A stretch of 64,000 nt of DNA from Amoeboaphelidium protococcarum X5 (Eukaryota > Fungi > Aphelidiomycota), in the NCBI GenBank assembly GCA_023515725.1, contig JALDTO010000098.1, forward strand, positions 770,164 through 834,163, given 5' to 3'. Each line of letters opens with the position of its first letter. Within the stretch, counting starts at the first letter, position 1. The notes below the pieces were generated by a model that saw nothing but the letters and a program-made list of their open reading frames with translations, searched no databases and was not told the DNA's origin. Shown here in pieces: positions 27,163 through 45,221 of the stretch. The translations under genes were made by a program, and so were the position numbers.

Positions 27163-27725
27163 TCATTGAGACACGTTGAGCAATTGAATATCCAGAATCA
27201 ACGGCTTTCCGAAAGCACTTTCCAACTGCGACATTGTTCCCTGGCAGAAATGGACGGCACATTGATGCCTAACACCAGATTTCTTTGCCGCCTGTAGTTG
27301 AAGTATCATTTACACAACCTTCTACCTATTATTTTACTTTCTTGAAATTACTAAGAATAATGCTTAAATCAAAATACTGTAATTTATACCTCTGAGTATT
27401 AAGGTAGGATAAAGAATCGAGATGTTTCACCAACTTTCATTGTTTTAACGGCAATCTCGAGAGCGTCCACCTGGAAACCAGAGTTGAGACGAAACTCCAG
27501 AGCTTATTCCTAATGCTTGGAGTTGTATAGAATGTCTGCAGCTTTCCCATTCTGATTGTTCATATCAATAACTCCGCTCCCAGATGGTGAGATGGAATTT
27601 TCAGCAGAGTTCTGTGATTATACAAAGGGACAGCACTGGACCTGAACGTGACATTTCACCTAACACCTCTTGTTGTAATCTGGGAAAATGGAGACTGCAT
27701 CTGCAGACTAAATGAGCACCTTCAT
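27163..27725 (-). CDS. AIP/AIPL1-like FKBP-type domain protein without TPR, 164 aa
   Basis: ALEFRLNSGFQVDALEIAVKTMKVGETSRFFILP and HQCAVHFC...KPLILDIQLLNV. Intron 27322-27389 restores the frame. Confidence 0.65.
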
Positions 27726-28159
27726 AATCTACCCATCATCCGTTATTCTTTATGGCACACGTTAATTCATCCGTACGTGTTTCACTGTTTACTGTATAAA
27801 AATTGTCACTTAATCCCTCACAACTTAAGTGGGTTAAAGAGACACTCAACGAGGAGCGAATAGAACGAAACGCGTCATTTGAGATCAAAATGAAACAATG
27901 ACGCTTGCAACTGCTTTATAAATTTTATTAGTTCATTGATTCTCGTATTTTAAATAGAAAGTTATAGTAATCATTTTAAATTTAAACCATACTGATTTAA
28001 AGGTGAAGATAATAGTCAATTTAAGTAAGAATCAGTGTGAAAAAGCCTTCAGTTCCCCTTTTCACGACGTTTAACAAGCGATTATAAAATTCCTTTCTTT
28101 GCTCCATCTTTAGTGTTACGCTTCAACCGTTATTAAATCTAGTGAGGTAATTAATCAAA

Positions 28160-29542
<1,383 letters not shown>

Positions 29543-29817
29543 AAATAAGAATGAACTTAATCGAATATCTCTATACTCGATTAAATAAGATCGTATTACC
29601 TATTTCACTTTGCTCCAGATAGCCATGAGCCTTAATATTCACGTCCTTAAGCCTCACATTTGTTTCGAGTGTGGCGGTGGCACAGCAATGGACGCCTCCT
29701 GCGACTGATCATCATCATTAATTGTTACACGCTTTGTTATCTGACTATTTTTACATCACTTATAACAATCAGCTTATATTTGTCTTTTCTTAGCTGTATT
29801 ACCGAAAAGGCTTCAAA

Positions 29818-31062
29818 ATGAATACCTTGTTCTATTTGGTGATCACTGCTATTGCTGTGCTGAATAGTGTCAACTCCGTGTCGTTTGGTAGAACTTCAGT
29901 TGGTAGCTTCTTTGATCGTCATACTGCAAGACGTCAACAGTAATGCCGCGTGTATTAGCAGCAGAACGCTGATCTACCTACCGCTACTTTAAAGGCTGAG
30001 AGTGTCGCTGACTTTGTTGGTAAGTTTGTGCTAGCTGCGTCTCAGGGAAGCATTCGCAGGATGGATTAGCTTTGCAATGAAAACTGGAACCTGTGCGAAC
30101 AAATGCACTTTGATGACATCATCTCTGCTTTCAAGAATGTCCACAAGTCGAAGGGAGGTGATAAGTATGTGCTTGGTCAGTATGAAGATTAGCAAGGCTA
30201 CAGGCGCGACTACCATCTGTTTGATGCTGCGGATGGAGAGTCTCTGCCTGATTATATCGACTAAGCGCGTGTCTAATCTGTTTGGGACCAGCTTAAGACC
30301 CAGAAATCCAGTCTAGATATTGCTTATTTCCGTCACATTGCCTCATAATGTGACGACTTTATGGATCGCAACGCTGGTCAGGATGGGGAATCTGAGAGAT
30401 TATTCACAAATCTGCTTGAAGAATCTCTGGCTTCAAATGGTAAGAATGATGCTGAGATAATGGATCGTCTAGTTTAATACTTACAGCGTCTGACTGGTGT
30501 TGCGACCGACCCTGAAGCTGACACGTTTGCTGATGCCAATAGCGAGTTTTAGGATGAAGATGTGAACGAGATCTCAGTGGGTGGCAGCAGAAGAAACTCT
30601 GTCAACTTGTACAAGCGCGGAAATCCAGTGCTAGTGCCTTTCAAGTTGCTTTTTTCAGTATTTCTGAAATTAGCACAAGTTATTGGCGCAGTGCTGGTGT
30701 TCATAGCGGCTGTATTCGCATTTGTCATTGGTTTGGTATTCTTCGAACTACCAACGCTGATCTTCTGTGGTCTGATTGCTGGTGTTGGCTGGGCCGGAGA
30801 GTGTTGTGTCAATGGAGTTTGCTGCCTACCTGAGGCATGTTGTAGCACTGCCTGTTGTTAGGCCGTCACTTGCTCTGTTGGTTCCAAGCTGGTCACTAGT
30901 ATCAGAAAAGCATTGAGCGGTTGTTGCCTCGGCTGCCAGTCTTGCGGTTGGTCCTCTATCCAATCAGTTACCACTGTCTGGAAAGATTATGTGAAAAATC
31001 TACTGTCTCTGTCCGTTAACCTGGTCTTTGACACCAAGCCATTCAAATGGGCAGTCGCTTGA
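29818..31062 (+). CDS. Secreted pre-pro-protein with LYKR site and hydrophobic Cys-rich C-terminus, 414 aa
   Basis: Signal peptide MNTLFYLVITAIAVLNSVNS. Open frame checked to TGA 31060-31062. Confidence 0.75.
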
Positions 31063-31302
31063 GATGGGCTTAGATTGTGAGCATGAGCAACAAACAAAAT
31101 TTATTTTTTACTAGCCACATATCACTTAATTGCTTGAAACTGTCTAAAATCTCCTTAATCAGTTGACTCCAATAATCTGGACTTTTCTTACAGAGCCTAA
31201 TTAATCAGAGCTGTTTCTGAATGAGGAAACTCGATTTGAAACGTGTTTCGATTGAATTCTCTTTCGACAATTCATCGATTGGATTTCTAGCACATCGACA
31301 AA

Positions 31303-32313
31303 ATGGAGGATGCACTGACACAGGAGATAAGTAAAACCGAAGCCAAAATTGTGGATGCTGAAATTTAATTATCTGCGTTATGGTAAATGATGTTGCAGAA
31401 AAATCAACCAGAACACGTCGTGACTGACTGCAGAAGATCTTACATCGAGTAACAAAAAATTGTGGCTCAATTGAACGCTTAAAAGACAGAGCTAGTGAAG
31501 TATCGCCATGATATATGGATCAAAAGTAGTCAGAATAAAACTAAGGTGGTATCATTTAGTAGTGCTTAAAAGCGTGATGTTACAGAAATAACTGGAATCA
31601 ACACTGAGTCGAAGTAGTTGATAATACCCGCATAACTGGATGATGATATCTATCCCGTCTGAATAATTCTTTGCTATGCTGGACAAAAATTTTCGTGTTT
31701 TCGTAAAAGAATTCTGAAGCCGCGCTTCGCACAGTACTTGATCTGATTCTGACTGACATTGTGTCTCGACCAGAGTTCAAAGGGCTGCATGTATTCTGCG
31801 AGTAACCTGTTGCTACACTCAATTATGAAGTGAACAAGTCTCTGTAGGGATATGTGGATTATGTGATTGGACGTAATGAAGCTAATATCACCGATGAATT
31901 TATAACGCCACCTTAGGATTCTCACCTGGTAGTGCGTGAGGCAAAAAATGAATTTTCACAATAAGCAATTCAGCAGTGCGTGGCAGAGGCGACTGCCGTC
32001 TACAAGAACAGAAAAGACGCGAACAAAGTAAATCCCCGTGTGTGGGGCATTTGCTCTAAGTGGAAGTTTATTCACATTGACAATGATGGCTAGTTACATG
32101 GATCTAGCTTGTTCGTTCTAAATACTTTGGACTCTGGCTTAAAAAAAGGAGGATGTGGTTTAGATTTATAATATACTACATCACATTTTTTTAAACGCGT
32201 ATCTATCCTCGCCTACTACCTCCCCTCATTAATCTGCTCATGACTTGGGGGATCTTGTGGAAGCAGAAGATACCGACGATACTTTTGATCACTTCCCTCC
32301 TCAGCGAAGGTGA
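31303..32313 (+). pseudogene. Frameshifted restriction-endonuclease-fold (Crinkler CR-REase-like) gene
   Basis: N-terminal coiled coil, then NSEAALRTVLDLIL...LQGYVDYVIG...LVVREAK...QCVAE...VWGICS.KWKFIHID. Three frame changes are needed (about 31650, 31700, 32145). Confidence 0.7.
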
Positions 32314-32453
32314 TTTGCCAATTGCGTGCGTATAAGGATGGAATGTTATATATTACACTTGCATAATGAAAAATTGAATGAAATATAGCAGTGGCACATT
32401 TGGAAATCAAATCGATTGGCCAAGTTAAGACATCATTTTAAATCAGAACAGTA

Positions 32454-32897
32454 TCAAGCAGAACTGCAACCTTTACAACCGCAATGTTAGCATTCCACGC
32501 GCGTATTTGACTCTTGAAGTTTGTCACTGGGCACTCTACATATGCACACGGAGCCGTAATTTGTGTCTTTAGGCTGAATACATCGCGTACAGCACAACTT
32601 CTCATAGCCTTGCTTTTTCCATTTCGCTATCAGCGCTGCATCTCCATGGCCTTGCTTGAGGCACCAGTCGTACAGCTCTTTACTTATAGCCTTTCGCTTG
32701 TAATACAATTCATACAGATATCGACTTCGCTAGTGATTCAATCTGAATATTGGCCATTGAGATTCCGCCTTTGTAAGACCGAGGTGACCAGAGCTTTCAA
32801 TCTCCCGCATCTATTGATCAAATTCTACCAACTGCGGTTCAATCTAATCCCATCCTTCAGGTGCTGGCTTACTGCGTTTAGTTTTTATTTTGGGCAT
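32454..32897 (-). CDS. BUD31: Splicing factor Bud31/G10
   Basis: [43 protein letters not shown]. Confidence 0.97.
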
Positions 32898-33111
32898 ATG
32901 AACGAAAAATTACACAGCGTTTTTGAAGAGAGTAAATTTCAATTTCGATTTGTTCAAAGAGATAAAAGGGGATCAATGAAACTTCAAGGGAGCTACTGCT
33001 ACTTAATCCTGCGCTAATTTCTCTGAAAACTTCATAAGAAAAATCATATATTGGAAATCTGATGATAATCATGAGCAAATTGCAAGACACTTACCAAAAT
33101 CACGCTCGATA

Positions 33112-35538
<2,427 letters not shown>

Positions 35539-35833
35539 ACTATTTATTAAACGAAAGAAATAATAATAATAATAATAATATATCTAATTTCCAGCTAAGC
35601 CCAAAAAGATACAATTTACACAAATCAACTTACCAAAAAAAGTGGTAAATGTGCGGGTGATTCGAAGGTGAGGAATAAGACGAGAAGAAAAGCGCAAAAC
35701 AGAGCAAGGAGACGAGATGAAAAATACGGAATGTGGCACAGCTGCTGGACAGTTCGGCATTGCATAAGGATATCTGATGTGTTATACAATTTGCAGTGCA
35801 ATTGTCGTGGCCTAATACGTTTTAATTTTGAAG

Positions 35834-37243
35834 ATGCTTTTTAATAAGTGGATTGCTGTGGTGGCGTTGTATTTCCCCCTGGTTGCCTATGTATAAGCAT
35901 AACCAACGCGTAACGAGCCTGGTCAAGTAGTCGCGATCTCTAAAGAAATTTCCACTTAGAGTGTATGGCATTCGCGTTTCCAGCCGCTTAAGGACGGATC
36001 TGATATTGATTTGGGAGTAATTCAGAGCCTGGATCTATCGCTATGGAAATTTTTTGGCATCTTCCCTGAGTTTATTCCCTCCTCAGTGGTGTCATCAGAT
36101 AGCTTACCAGTATCAGAAGAGAGTCAAGAGATCTCACAATCAATGGTATGCGGTCATTGCTCCAGACGCTGTCGACAATCAACTGGATATGCTGGTGAGA
36201 ATGACAGTGACTATTGGAATAGCGATGCATGCTGTTAGACACGAGAGTAAACCAGACTTTCGCACCGCACTGGATGTGAAGATATTCACCAAATTGTGGG
36301 CTCCCGTCATGAATTACTGGAAGCCGATTCATTAGTGGCAATCTGGGAATCTTCATGGGCTTGTCATATACGAGAATGAGCAGGAACGAACTTTGGCTGT
36401 TATATTTCGTCCATATACTGATCCGAAGGTACTTGGTAATCATATCAACTCATTCTTGACCGACCCCGAGGCATACTCTGAAGCTTTCCCTATGAGCTAT
36501 GTTTCCGCCTTAGATGGTGAGGATAAAGTATTCGATATCTATGGTAAGCCAATTATGGTTGTCAACCCACTGATTGATGAGTATATACCTATGGAGATGG
36601 AAGTGTTGACCTTCCTGCAGGCGTATCGCGCTAGTCAGAATCCGAAGGCTGATAAAATTGTTACTGGAGGTATATCTGCTGCTGGTGTTTACGCACAGCT
36701 ATTTGCAATCCGACTTCACTCCTCGATCTGGATTTTATGAACGAGTTTATGTTCAAGCATGCGTTTGCATTCAATACTCCGCCCGCGTTCCACAAGTCAT
36801 CTCCATTTGAAGGAATGCTGAATGCAATGTAAACTGGTGGTTGGTAGTACTCTAGAGTGGTAACTGATGATTTCTGCTCCGTGTATTGGTTGGAACATTA
36901 CTAAACGGCTGAATATGTTGCTGACTACGGACATTTAGGCAATGCGATTCACATGAACACCGATCCTGAACGTGTACCTTAATAATTTCAAAATGCGCTG
37001 TATATCTACAAGAACAGTGATGTGCGCTTTCCTGACCGCTGCTTCAGACATATGCCGGTCAACAGTCTGGAGTCACTGCAAAAGGTTCAGTAATCAAAGC
37101 TATTTGATTGGGTTAAGCTGCATGATCACGTTCTCAAAGTTGGAATGTCTGTGCAGTTCATAGCGAATGCATTAAAGCGTGCCTTGAACTTGTCATAGGG
37201 AAGTTACGAGGCTCTAATGTGGCCGAGATAGTTTCAATATTGA
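35834..37243 (+). pseudogene. Secreted class-3 lipase-like gene with two compensating frameshifts
   Basis: Signal peptide in one frame. IVTGGISAAGVYAQLFA in a second frame (about 36050-36718). AFAFNTPPAF, YSRVVTDDF and YGHLGNAI back in the first frame to TGA 37241-37243. Confidence 0.6.
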
Positions 37244-37578
37244 TCGCGTCAACTGCTAACTTGATATATGGAGGTTATTGAAAGTGAGATTGAAGGATTG
37301 ACAAGTTAAATATACCGAATATTTATTTATTAATTACTTCTTTGTTCTTTATTGAAAATTTGAGTCACGAACATTGCCAGTTTATTGAATGATGTAATCA
37401 GATTGGGATGGATTCGTGTGTTCTCATCCAACGGCAAATGTCGCTCAATCAATCTTTCACTCAGAGATTTAATTTTAGACTTGATCTTTCCAAGTTATCA
37501 GAATTTCTCTTCATAAATAAAGTAGATCTTATCGCTGTTATTATATCATATAGAAGAATATCAATTCATACTTTTTAA

Positions 37579-40059
37579 ATGTTTTGCGATTCTGTGTGGT
37601 TGGCGAATGGATAAGTTAGTTTCTGCTTTTTAGAATTGCTGGTGTCATCAGTATTGCTACTGGTGTGCGGTTTCGTATTGACTTATAATATTCGATATGC
37701 GGCAGCGTAGATATCATACACTCGTACTTCTTTGTATTGGACATCATGTTGCATTACCGCTTACTAGTTGTTCCTTCTCATAATATTGATTTCCTCTTAT
37801 AGACCGCAAGACAATGTTTCTTATTACATTGTGGTAAATGTGATGATACTGATTAGCTGGATTGTAGTTACTGTAATGCAGCGACTGGAACAGCGACGAT
37901 CTACATACTAGAGTATATTGTCAACTATGTTTATTCAATAGCTGCCTTTATTTCTTGCGCTGACTACCGATGGAATTATAATCTTTGATAGAGCGCGTAG
38001 CTTATATTGGCAATCATCATCTCATAATGATTAAAGTGATTATCCGTTGCCATATAAGAACAAGGTTCCTTTGGATATTATACTAGTTTCGTTCCGGGTT
38101 ATCGCCGAGATGTATATGGCGATTAGATAGCTATTATTGTAGATATCAAAGCATCGTGAGTATCAATCTGTCAATGATGAAGATAATGGTGTTAATGCTG
38201 ACAGCGAATCCCTCAACAAGTCTGCATTCTCCAATTTTATGAATAAAATGCGCAAACTTCTTCCCTTCATGTGGCCGTCTGGTCATTTCTGGCTCTAAAT
38301 GGCTATATTTGGCTGTGTGGTGATGCTCATTGTGTAGCGTGTACTTAATGTCATTGTCCCGTTGACTTATAAAGTGATTGTGGATGCTCTCACACCAGGA
38401 TCTGCTGAGACTATATAGCTTCCCATCTGGCCTATTCTGATACATGTCCTTGTAAAGTTTTTATAAGGCAATAATGGTTTGGCGTACACAATCTAGTCTA
38501 CCATGTGGATCCCTGTGGAGTAATACACTACCAAGGAAGTATCCATATCCATGTTCCAGCATCTACATTCCCTCTCCCTCAAATGGCATCTCAATCGAAA
38601 GACCGGTGAAGTATTACGTGTTATGGATCGTGGTACTCAGGCTATTGCCACTTTGCTATCTTATATCTGGTTCAATATATTCCCGGTGCTGGTTGACATA
38701 GCGATCGCTGTCGTCTTTTTTGTAATACAATTTGACGTCTACTTTGGTATAATTGTATTTGTCACGATGGCTTTGTATTTGATAGTCACCATATAGATCA
38801 CAGAGTGGCGTACGAAATTTCGCCGTATAAAGAATGAGCTCGATAATGCCACTAATGCCAAAGCTGTGGACTCTCTGCTCAATTTTGAGACTGTGAAATA
38901 TTATGGAAATGAAGATTATGAAGTTGCCTAGTACTCAGACAGGATCACTTAGTACTAGAAGGCGGACTGGGATAATCAATTGTCCTTGCGATACTTGAAT
39001 CTGTCCTAGAATTTTGTGATTACTGCGGGACTACTCGCCGGTGGACTGTTGTGTGCTAAGCGCGTTGCGGACGGTGAACTGAATGTTGGAGATTTTGTGT
39101 TATTCATCTCATATCTGCAGCAGCTGTATGGTCCACTGAATTGGTTTGGCTCGTACTATCGCGCCATAAATCAGAACTTTGTGGATATGGAAAAGATGTT
39201 GGATCTGTTTGAAGAGGATCCGGAGGTGAAAGATCTTCCCGGCGCTGTGGAGTTGGCGGTGACCAAGGGCCACATCAAGTTTGATAATGTCAACTTTTCG
39301 TATGACTCGAATAAGGTTACCGGTATTCCATCACTAAAAGGTATTAGCTTTGAGGTTCTTCCCGGATAAACGGTTGCTCTCGTCGGTTAGAGTGGCGGTG
39401 GAAAGTCTACTATATTGCGTCTGCTTTTTAGATTCTACGATGTTCAAGGTGGAAGCATTACCATAGATGGACAAGATATACGACACGTTACATAGAAATC
39501 GCTGCGCAAAGCTATTGGAGTTGTTCCTCAAGATACTGTGTTATTCAATGACACCATCAAGTACAATATCAGATATGGTAACGTTGATGCTGAAGATGAA
39601 TTGGTGGAGAAGAATGCTGCGTATGCTCAAATACACGATAAAATCTCGTCATTTCCTGAGCGATATGAGACAAAGGTTGGTGAGAGAGGTCTACGTCTTA
39701 GTGGAGGTGAACTGTAGCGTGTAGCTATTGCCAGAACTCTGTTGAAGAATCCACCTATCTTGGTGTTTGATGAAGCTACAAGTGCACTTGATACCAACAC
39801 CGAGCGGGCCATACAACAGGTGCTTAATGATATGTCATAGAACAAAACTTGTCTGGTTGTAGCTCATAGATTGAGTACCATTGTTAACAGTGACATGATC
39901 CTGGTGATCAAAGATGGTGAGATTAAAGAGCGTGGCACTCATGAAGAGCTACTGGCCATGGGAGAGACTGGTCTATATCATGAGATGTGGTTCAAGCAGG
40001 CAGAAAAGTCGCATAATACCCGAGATAGAAGTGAAAGTTCCAATAGTGCTTTAATTTGA
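37579..40059 (+). CDS. HMT1: Half-size ABCB transporter, HMT1/ABCB6 type
   Basis: N-terminal TM extension, [53 protein letters not shown]. Confidence 0.93.
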
Positions 40060-40167
40060 TGCAACTTCATTGCAATCATAGTCATTTCTTTTTAATATTA
40101 TATTTTTCTTTTGCAGCTTCTTAAAAATATCAATACTTTAGGCCATAAACTGATTAAGAGATACCTG

Positions 40168-41773
40168 TCAATTGGAACCTTCAAAGGCAACTGAGGCTTG
40201 GGCAGTCTTAAAAACCGGCCCTTGGTTAATGTACTACCTCAACTGTGCAACAATGGACTGGGGAACAATATCACGGTGATACTCAGATGATTTCAGAACA
40301 CATTCAACGAGCTCCCATTTAGATACCTACTACTCATAACTCAAATTGTCCAGCCTCTTTAGTAAAAAGTATCCAAAGAATCCACCAGCATCGTATTGTA
40401 CAAACTCTCGCAATCCCCATCCGTGCATAGACATCGCCTTTAGAGCAGAACACACTGCGAAACTAATATATTCGTCAGGATTGCAGAAATACTCTTAAAA
40501 CTCTTACAGTGGATGCTTTTAACTTTAAATTCTCAAATACAATCTCTCATGGCAAAGTTGACTAAATTCAGCGGGTGGATTGAAATCAAATTGACTCCAA
40601 ATATTAGCCAGTGCTCTAAGTACAAAAGTTCTTTCCACTTTACCACTGATGTTGTAGCATTTAATGAGATCCTTACACAGGCCAGACTATTCCAATAATA
40701 GCAAAGATTCTGCACTAAAGCCCATAAGTCCCACAGCGTAGATTGATGAATCCACCAATTCAATATCATCAGATTTCATGTATTTGGCAATCTACGTAAG
40801 AAAGTCATTTGTCTACTAATAATTTACCATTGTGGCAAAATTATCGTGCAGATACCTGCCAACAAACTTAATAACATTCGATAAAATAAGCTGATCATTA
40901 GCGGAATGCTAATTCTGAGGTGAGAGCATGCGGAACAATTAATCAACGATCCCAGAATCTTTAATCATCTATTTTCCATCAGAAGAAGCACAAAGCTGAG
41001 TCAATACCTCCAAAGCATTCAGTTGACTCAAAACATCATCATGATTATTAACTTTCGACATCAAAGACTAAATGTGTTGACTGAACGTACAGATTAAAGA
41101 CGAATGCTTCACCGCCAACTCGACAATTAGCTCATACGCTCTAAAAGCCAATATAGAATCGTCGCTTTCAACAATACCTTTAAGCTTGTTGACTATTTCA
41201 TCGGATTTAATGACGCTTGCCCCTTCCGTGTATTGACACAGAGAGCAGCATACTGAATTCAACAACGAACAGTTACGTACAGACAGAGTACTCATAGAAT
41301 CTAGCAACTTAATAACCAGAGGAACTCCCAGCTAAAACAGAATACGCGCATCATCCGCCTGATTAGCATATTGTTATAACAAATTCAAGCTGAGAGACTG
41401 AATGACAACAGACTCGACAAATAGGCCGTCCAAAATCATGGTCAGTATGTTGTGCTCAATAGATTGCAATTCTGAAAGACTAACACCATCTAAAAGTTAT
41501 TACAGAACAGAACAGCTGAGACTCTTGATCACATCGTCAGAATTAAGCAGCAATTGAAACAAGGATGTCAAACTCTATTTAGTACGTGCCTATGACTTTA
41601 ATGACTGATCATCTACACAAATTACAGAAAGGTTTAACGTTTGAATCTCTTAACAAACAGATAATCTTACTATGAATGAGTAGCTTCAATTAAGACAAAG
41701 TATCTGCCCCCTGTGAGGTGTCAAGAGAATTTAACTATGCCAATAGTTGTTATAAGCGCAGATCCTGAGCCAT
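40168..41773 (-). CDS. PSMD5: Proteasome assembly chaperone PSMD5/S5b-like (ARM repeats)
   Basis: DDVLSQLNALEVL, RAYELIVELA, C-terminal YINQGPVFKTAQASVAFE. Intron 41613-41670. Confidence 0.75.
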
Positions 41774-41991
41774 ACTGTGCTTCGTTAATTTCTTTGCTGT
41801 TGATGGGAAGGGAAGAGTTAAAAGAATTATGACGCGCGTCGTAATAAGAATAAGAAGAGCGCGACTGTACAATCAACTCTCAAACACACTGTTAGAATGA
41901 GAGCAGTTATACTGTATGAGGTAGTAGTCAAATCAGTGATGAGAATTCAAGAATAGAATATTGAAGCTCTCGGCGCATGGTATTTATAAAA

Positions 41992-43240
41992 TCATTTCAC
42001 CTATTTCAATGGCAAACGTGGTCTCAAGAACTCTACAGTCTCTTTGATGCCTTGTTCTAAAGAGACAACTGGGCGATATCCTAGTTCGCGTTTAGCCTTA
42101 TCACAGTTGTAGTAATGATGGGTGCCAGCTAGTGCAACTTTGAATGGCGTCAAGAATGGAGTCCATCTTACCAGGCCGAGGCTTAATACTAATAAAAGCA
42201 GTGATAATACTTGCAGAAAGACGGCAAGCGCGTAGATTACCGAAAAGGACAACTTTCTAGATGGGGATTCCAATCCAAGTTGCGTTAGCACAGTCTTGGT
42301 AAAGATCCAAAAATGCACAGGCTCATCATTAGTAATATTATACACCTACAAATTGATACAAAATTAAAACGCGTTAACCATGTATTATTAAATATGCTTA
42401 TAAGGGTAGTATCAATCTTACCTGACCACTGCATTGAGAATTCTCATCTAAAGCTTCAGCAGCCAAAATGTGACCATGAACAACATTTGAAACATGCGTG
42501 AAATCCACAATATTAGAACCATTTCTACACACAGTTAGAGTGGTGACAATATAAGCACATCAGGAGGGAGACAATGTAAAACAATACCCAATAATAAACT
42601 TCATCTTTCCCTCAAGAGACTTATTCGCAATTTCAGTGACAGTGTAATCGTTAGGACCAAAAATACCATGCGGGCGGATGGCAACAGTTTACAGAGTATC
42701 AGAATTAGCCTCAATGACCAAGTTCTCCTGCTTCATCTTAGTGTGCGTATAACAGTCCAGGTACGTCGCAGGGAAAGGGGTCTCTTCATCAGCATTCTTC
42801 ATGTCCGTGCCATCATAAACAACGCAACAGCTACTAGTCAAAATCAGTCTCTTGACACCAGACTGTTGACACGCTTTAATCACCAGCTTTGTGCCTTCTA
42901 CATTGACACGTTCAAACAGTTGACGATCATTCAAATGGTACGGTGGAGATGCGACATGGAACACTGTGCCATGACCAGTCATGGTATGTTGCAACAACTA
43001 CACATACACTTAAAAGATAACAGTATGCAGCTAGTAGTATAAGTATAAGTTTACATTAAAATTGGATAGATCGCCAGTCACCACCTGGAGATTCTCAGAG
43101 TCAAGTACATGCTAAGGCATACCACGCGGCTCTCTAATGTCCAAAATGGTGACACGAGAGCCTTTAGCCAGGAGCGCATTCACCAAATGCTAGCCCAGAA
43201 AGCCAGAGCCTCCAATGACTACACAATTTCTCAACTACAT
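41992..43240 (-). CDS. ERG26: Sterol-4-alpha-carboxylate 3-dehydrogenase NSDHL/Erg26
   Basis: [38 protein letters not shown]. Introns 42998-43054, 42525-42587 and 42346-42421. Confidence 0.93.
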
Positions 43241-43466
43241 TTCTTGAAGTTATACTATATTACATGATGTTATATGGGAAGCATACATTGGGATGTACAG
43301 TCATCGTGTGTAAAATCTTAAGTCAGTTGATGAAATGTCACTATAAAGAGGTAGAAACTGTGCCACACAAACACTCAAAACTATAGTACAAAGTTTAAAA
43401 CACTTTTTATCGAAAGTTAAGTAAAAATTTAACAAAAAAGGTATTATAGCAACTTTGCTTAGACAT

Positions 43467-43856
43467 TCAATTTATTTTTGAAGCGTAGGAGTGAATATTA
43501 TCAAGTCGCTATTGCATTTACTCAAGCTGAGTGATCGTCCCAGCTAAGGCTTTCAAATCGTTTTAATTATCCTGCGCTGTCGCTACAGCCACGTCCAGTT
43601 CATTTTATTGGAACTATTTTTCTTAAGTCTACACAAATTATTGTTATAAAGTAATGATTTCTGAATAAGTATTGAAAGTAATTCTTACTCTTTCTCTGAC
43701 AGCGGTTGGTGTTCGCTTATATATATGCTCCTGGACGCGGTATAGTCCTATTGACGAATCATTGGCATAACTCTTTACAGTGTTGGTCAAGCTATGAGAT
43801 GCCTTCACAGTCTTGTCGTACAAGTCGCTACTGATTCTCAACTGCTGACTGCTCAT
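43467..43856 (-). CDS. BORCS8: BORC subunit 8 (MEF2BNB)-like
   Basis: ANDSSIGLYRVQEHI motif. Intron 43629-43688. Confidence 0.75.
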
Positions 43857-43977
43857 ATATATTGCTTAACTGATGCTGTAAAACAAAACGCTGAGCTTGT
43901 CCGGATATAGAACGCTAAACTATTGTAAGAGAAATAAGAATGTCGCAATGACCGCACAACAATCGACGTTTCAATAA

Positions 43978-45147
<1,170 letters not shown>

Positions 45148-45221
45148 TTTAGTGTTCTAATACTATAGATGATGATCTTCTCTTTTATGCTCAAAGTGTG
45201 ATCAAACGCGAGAATTTGAAA

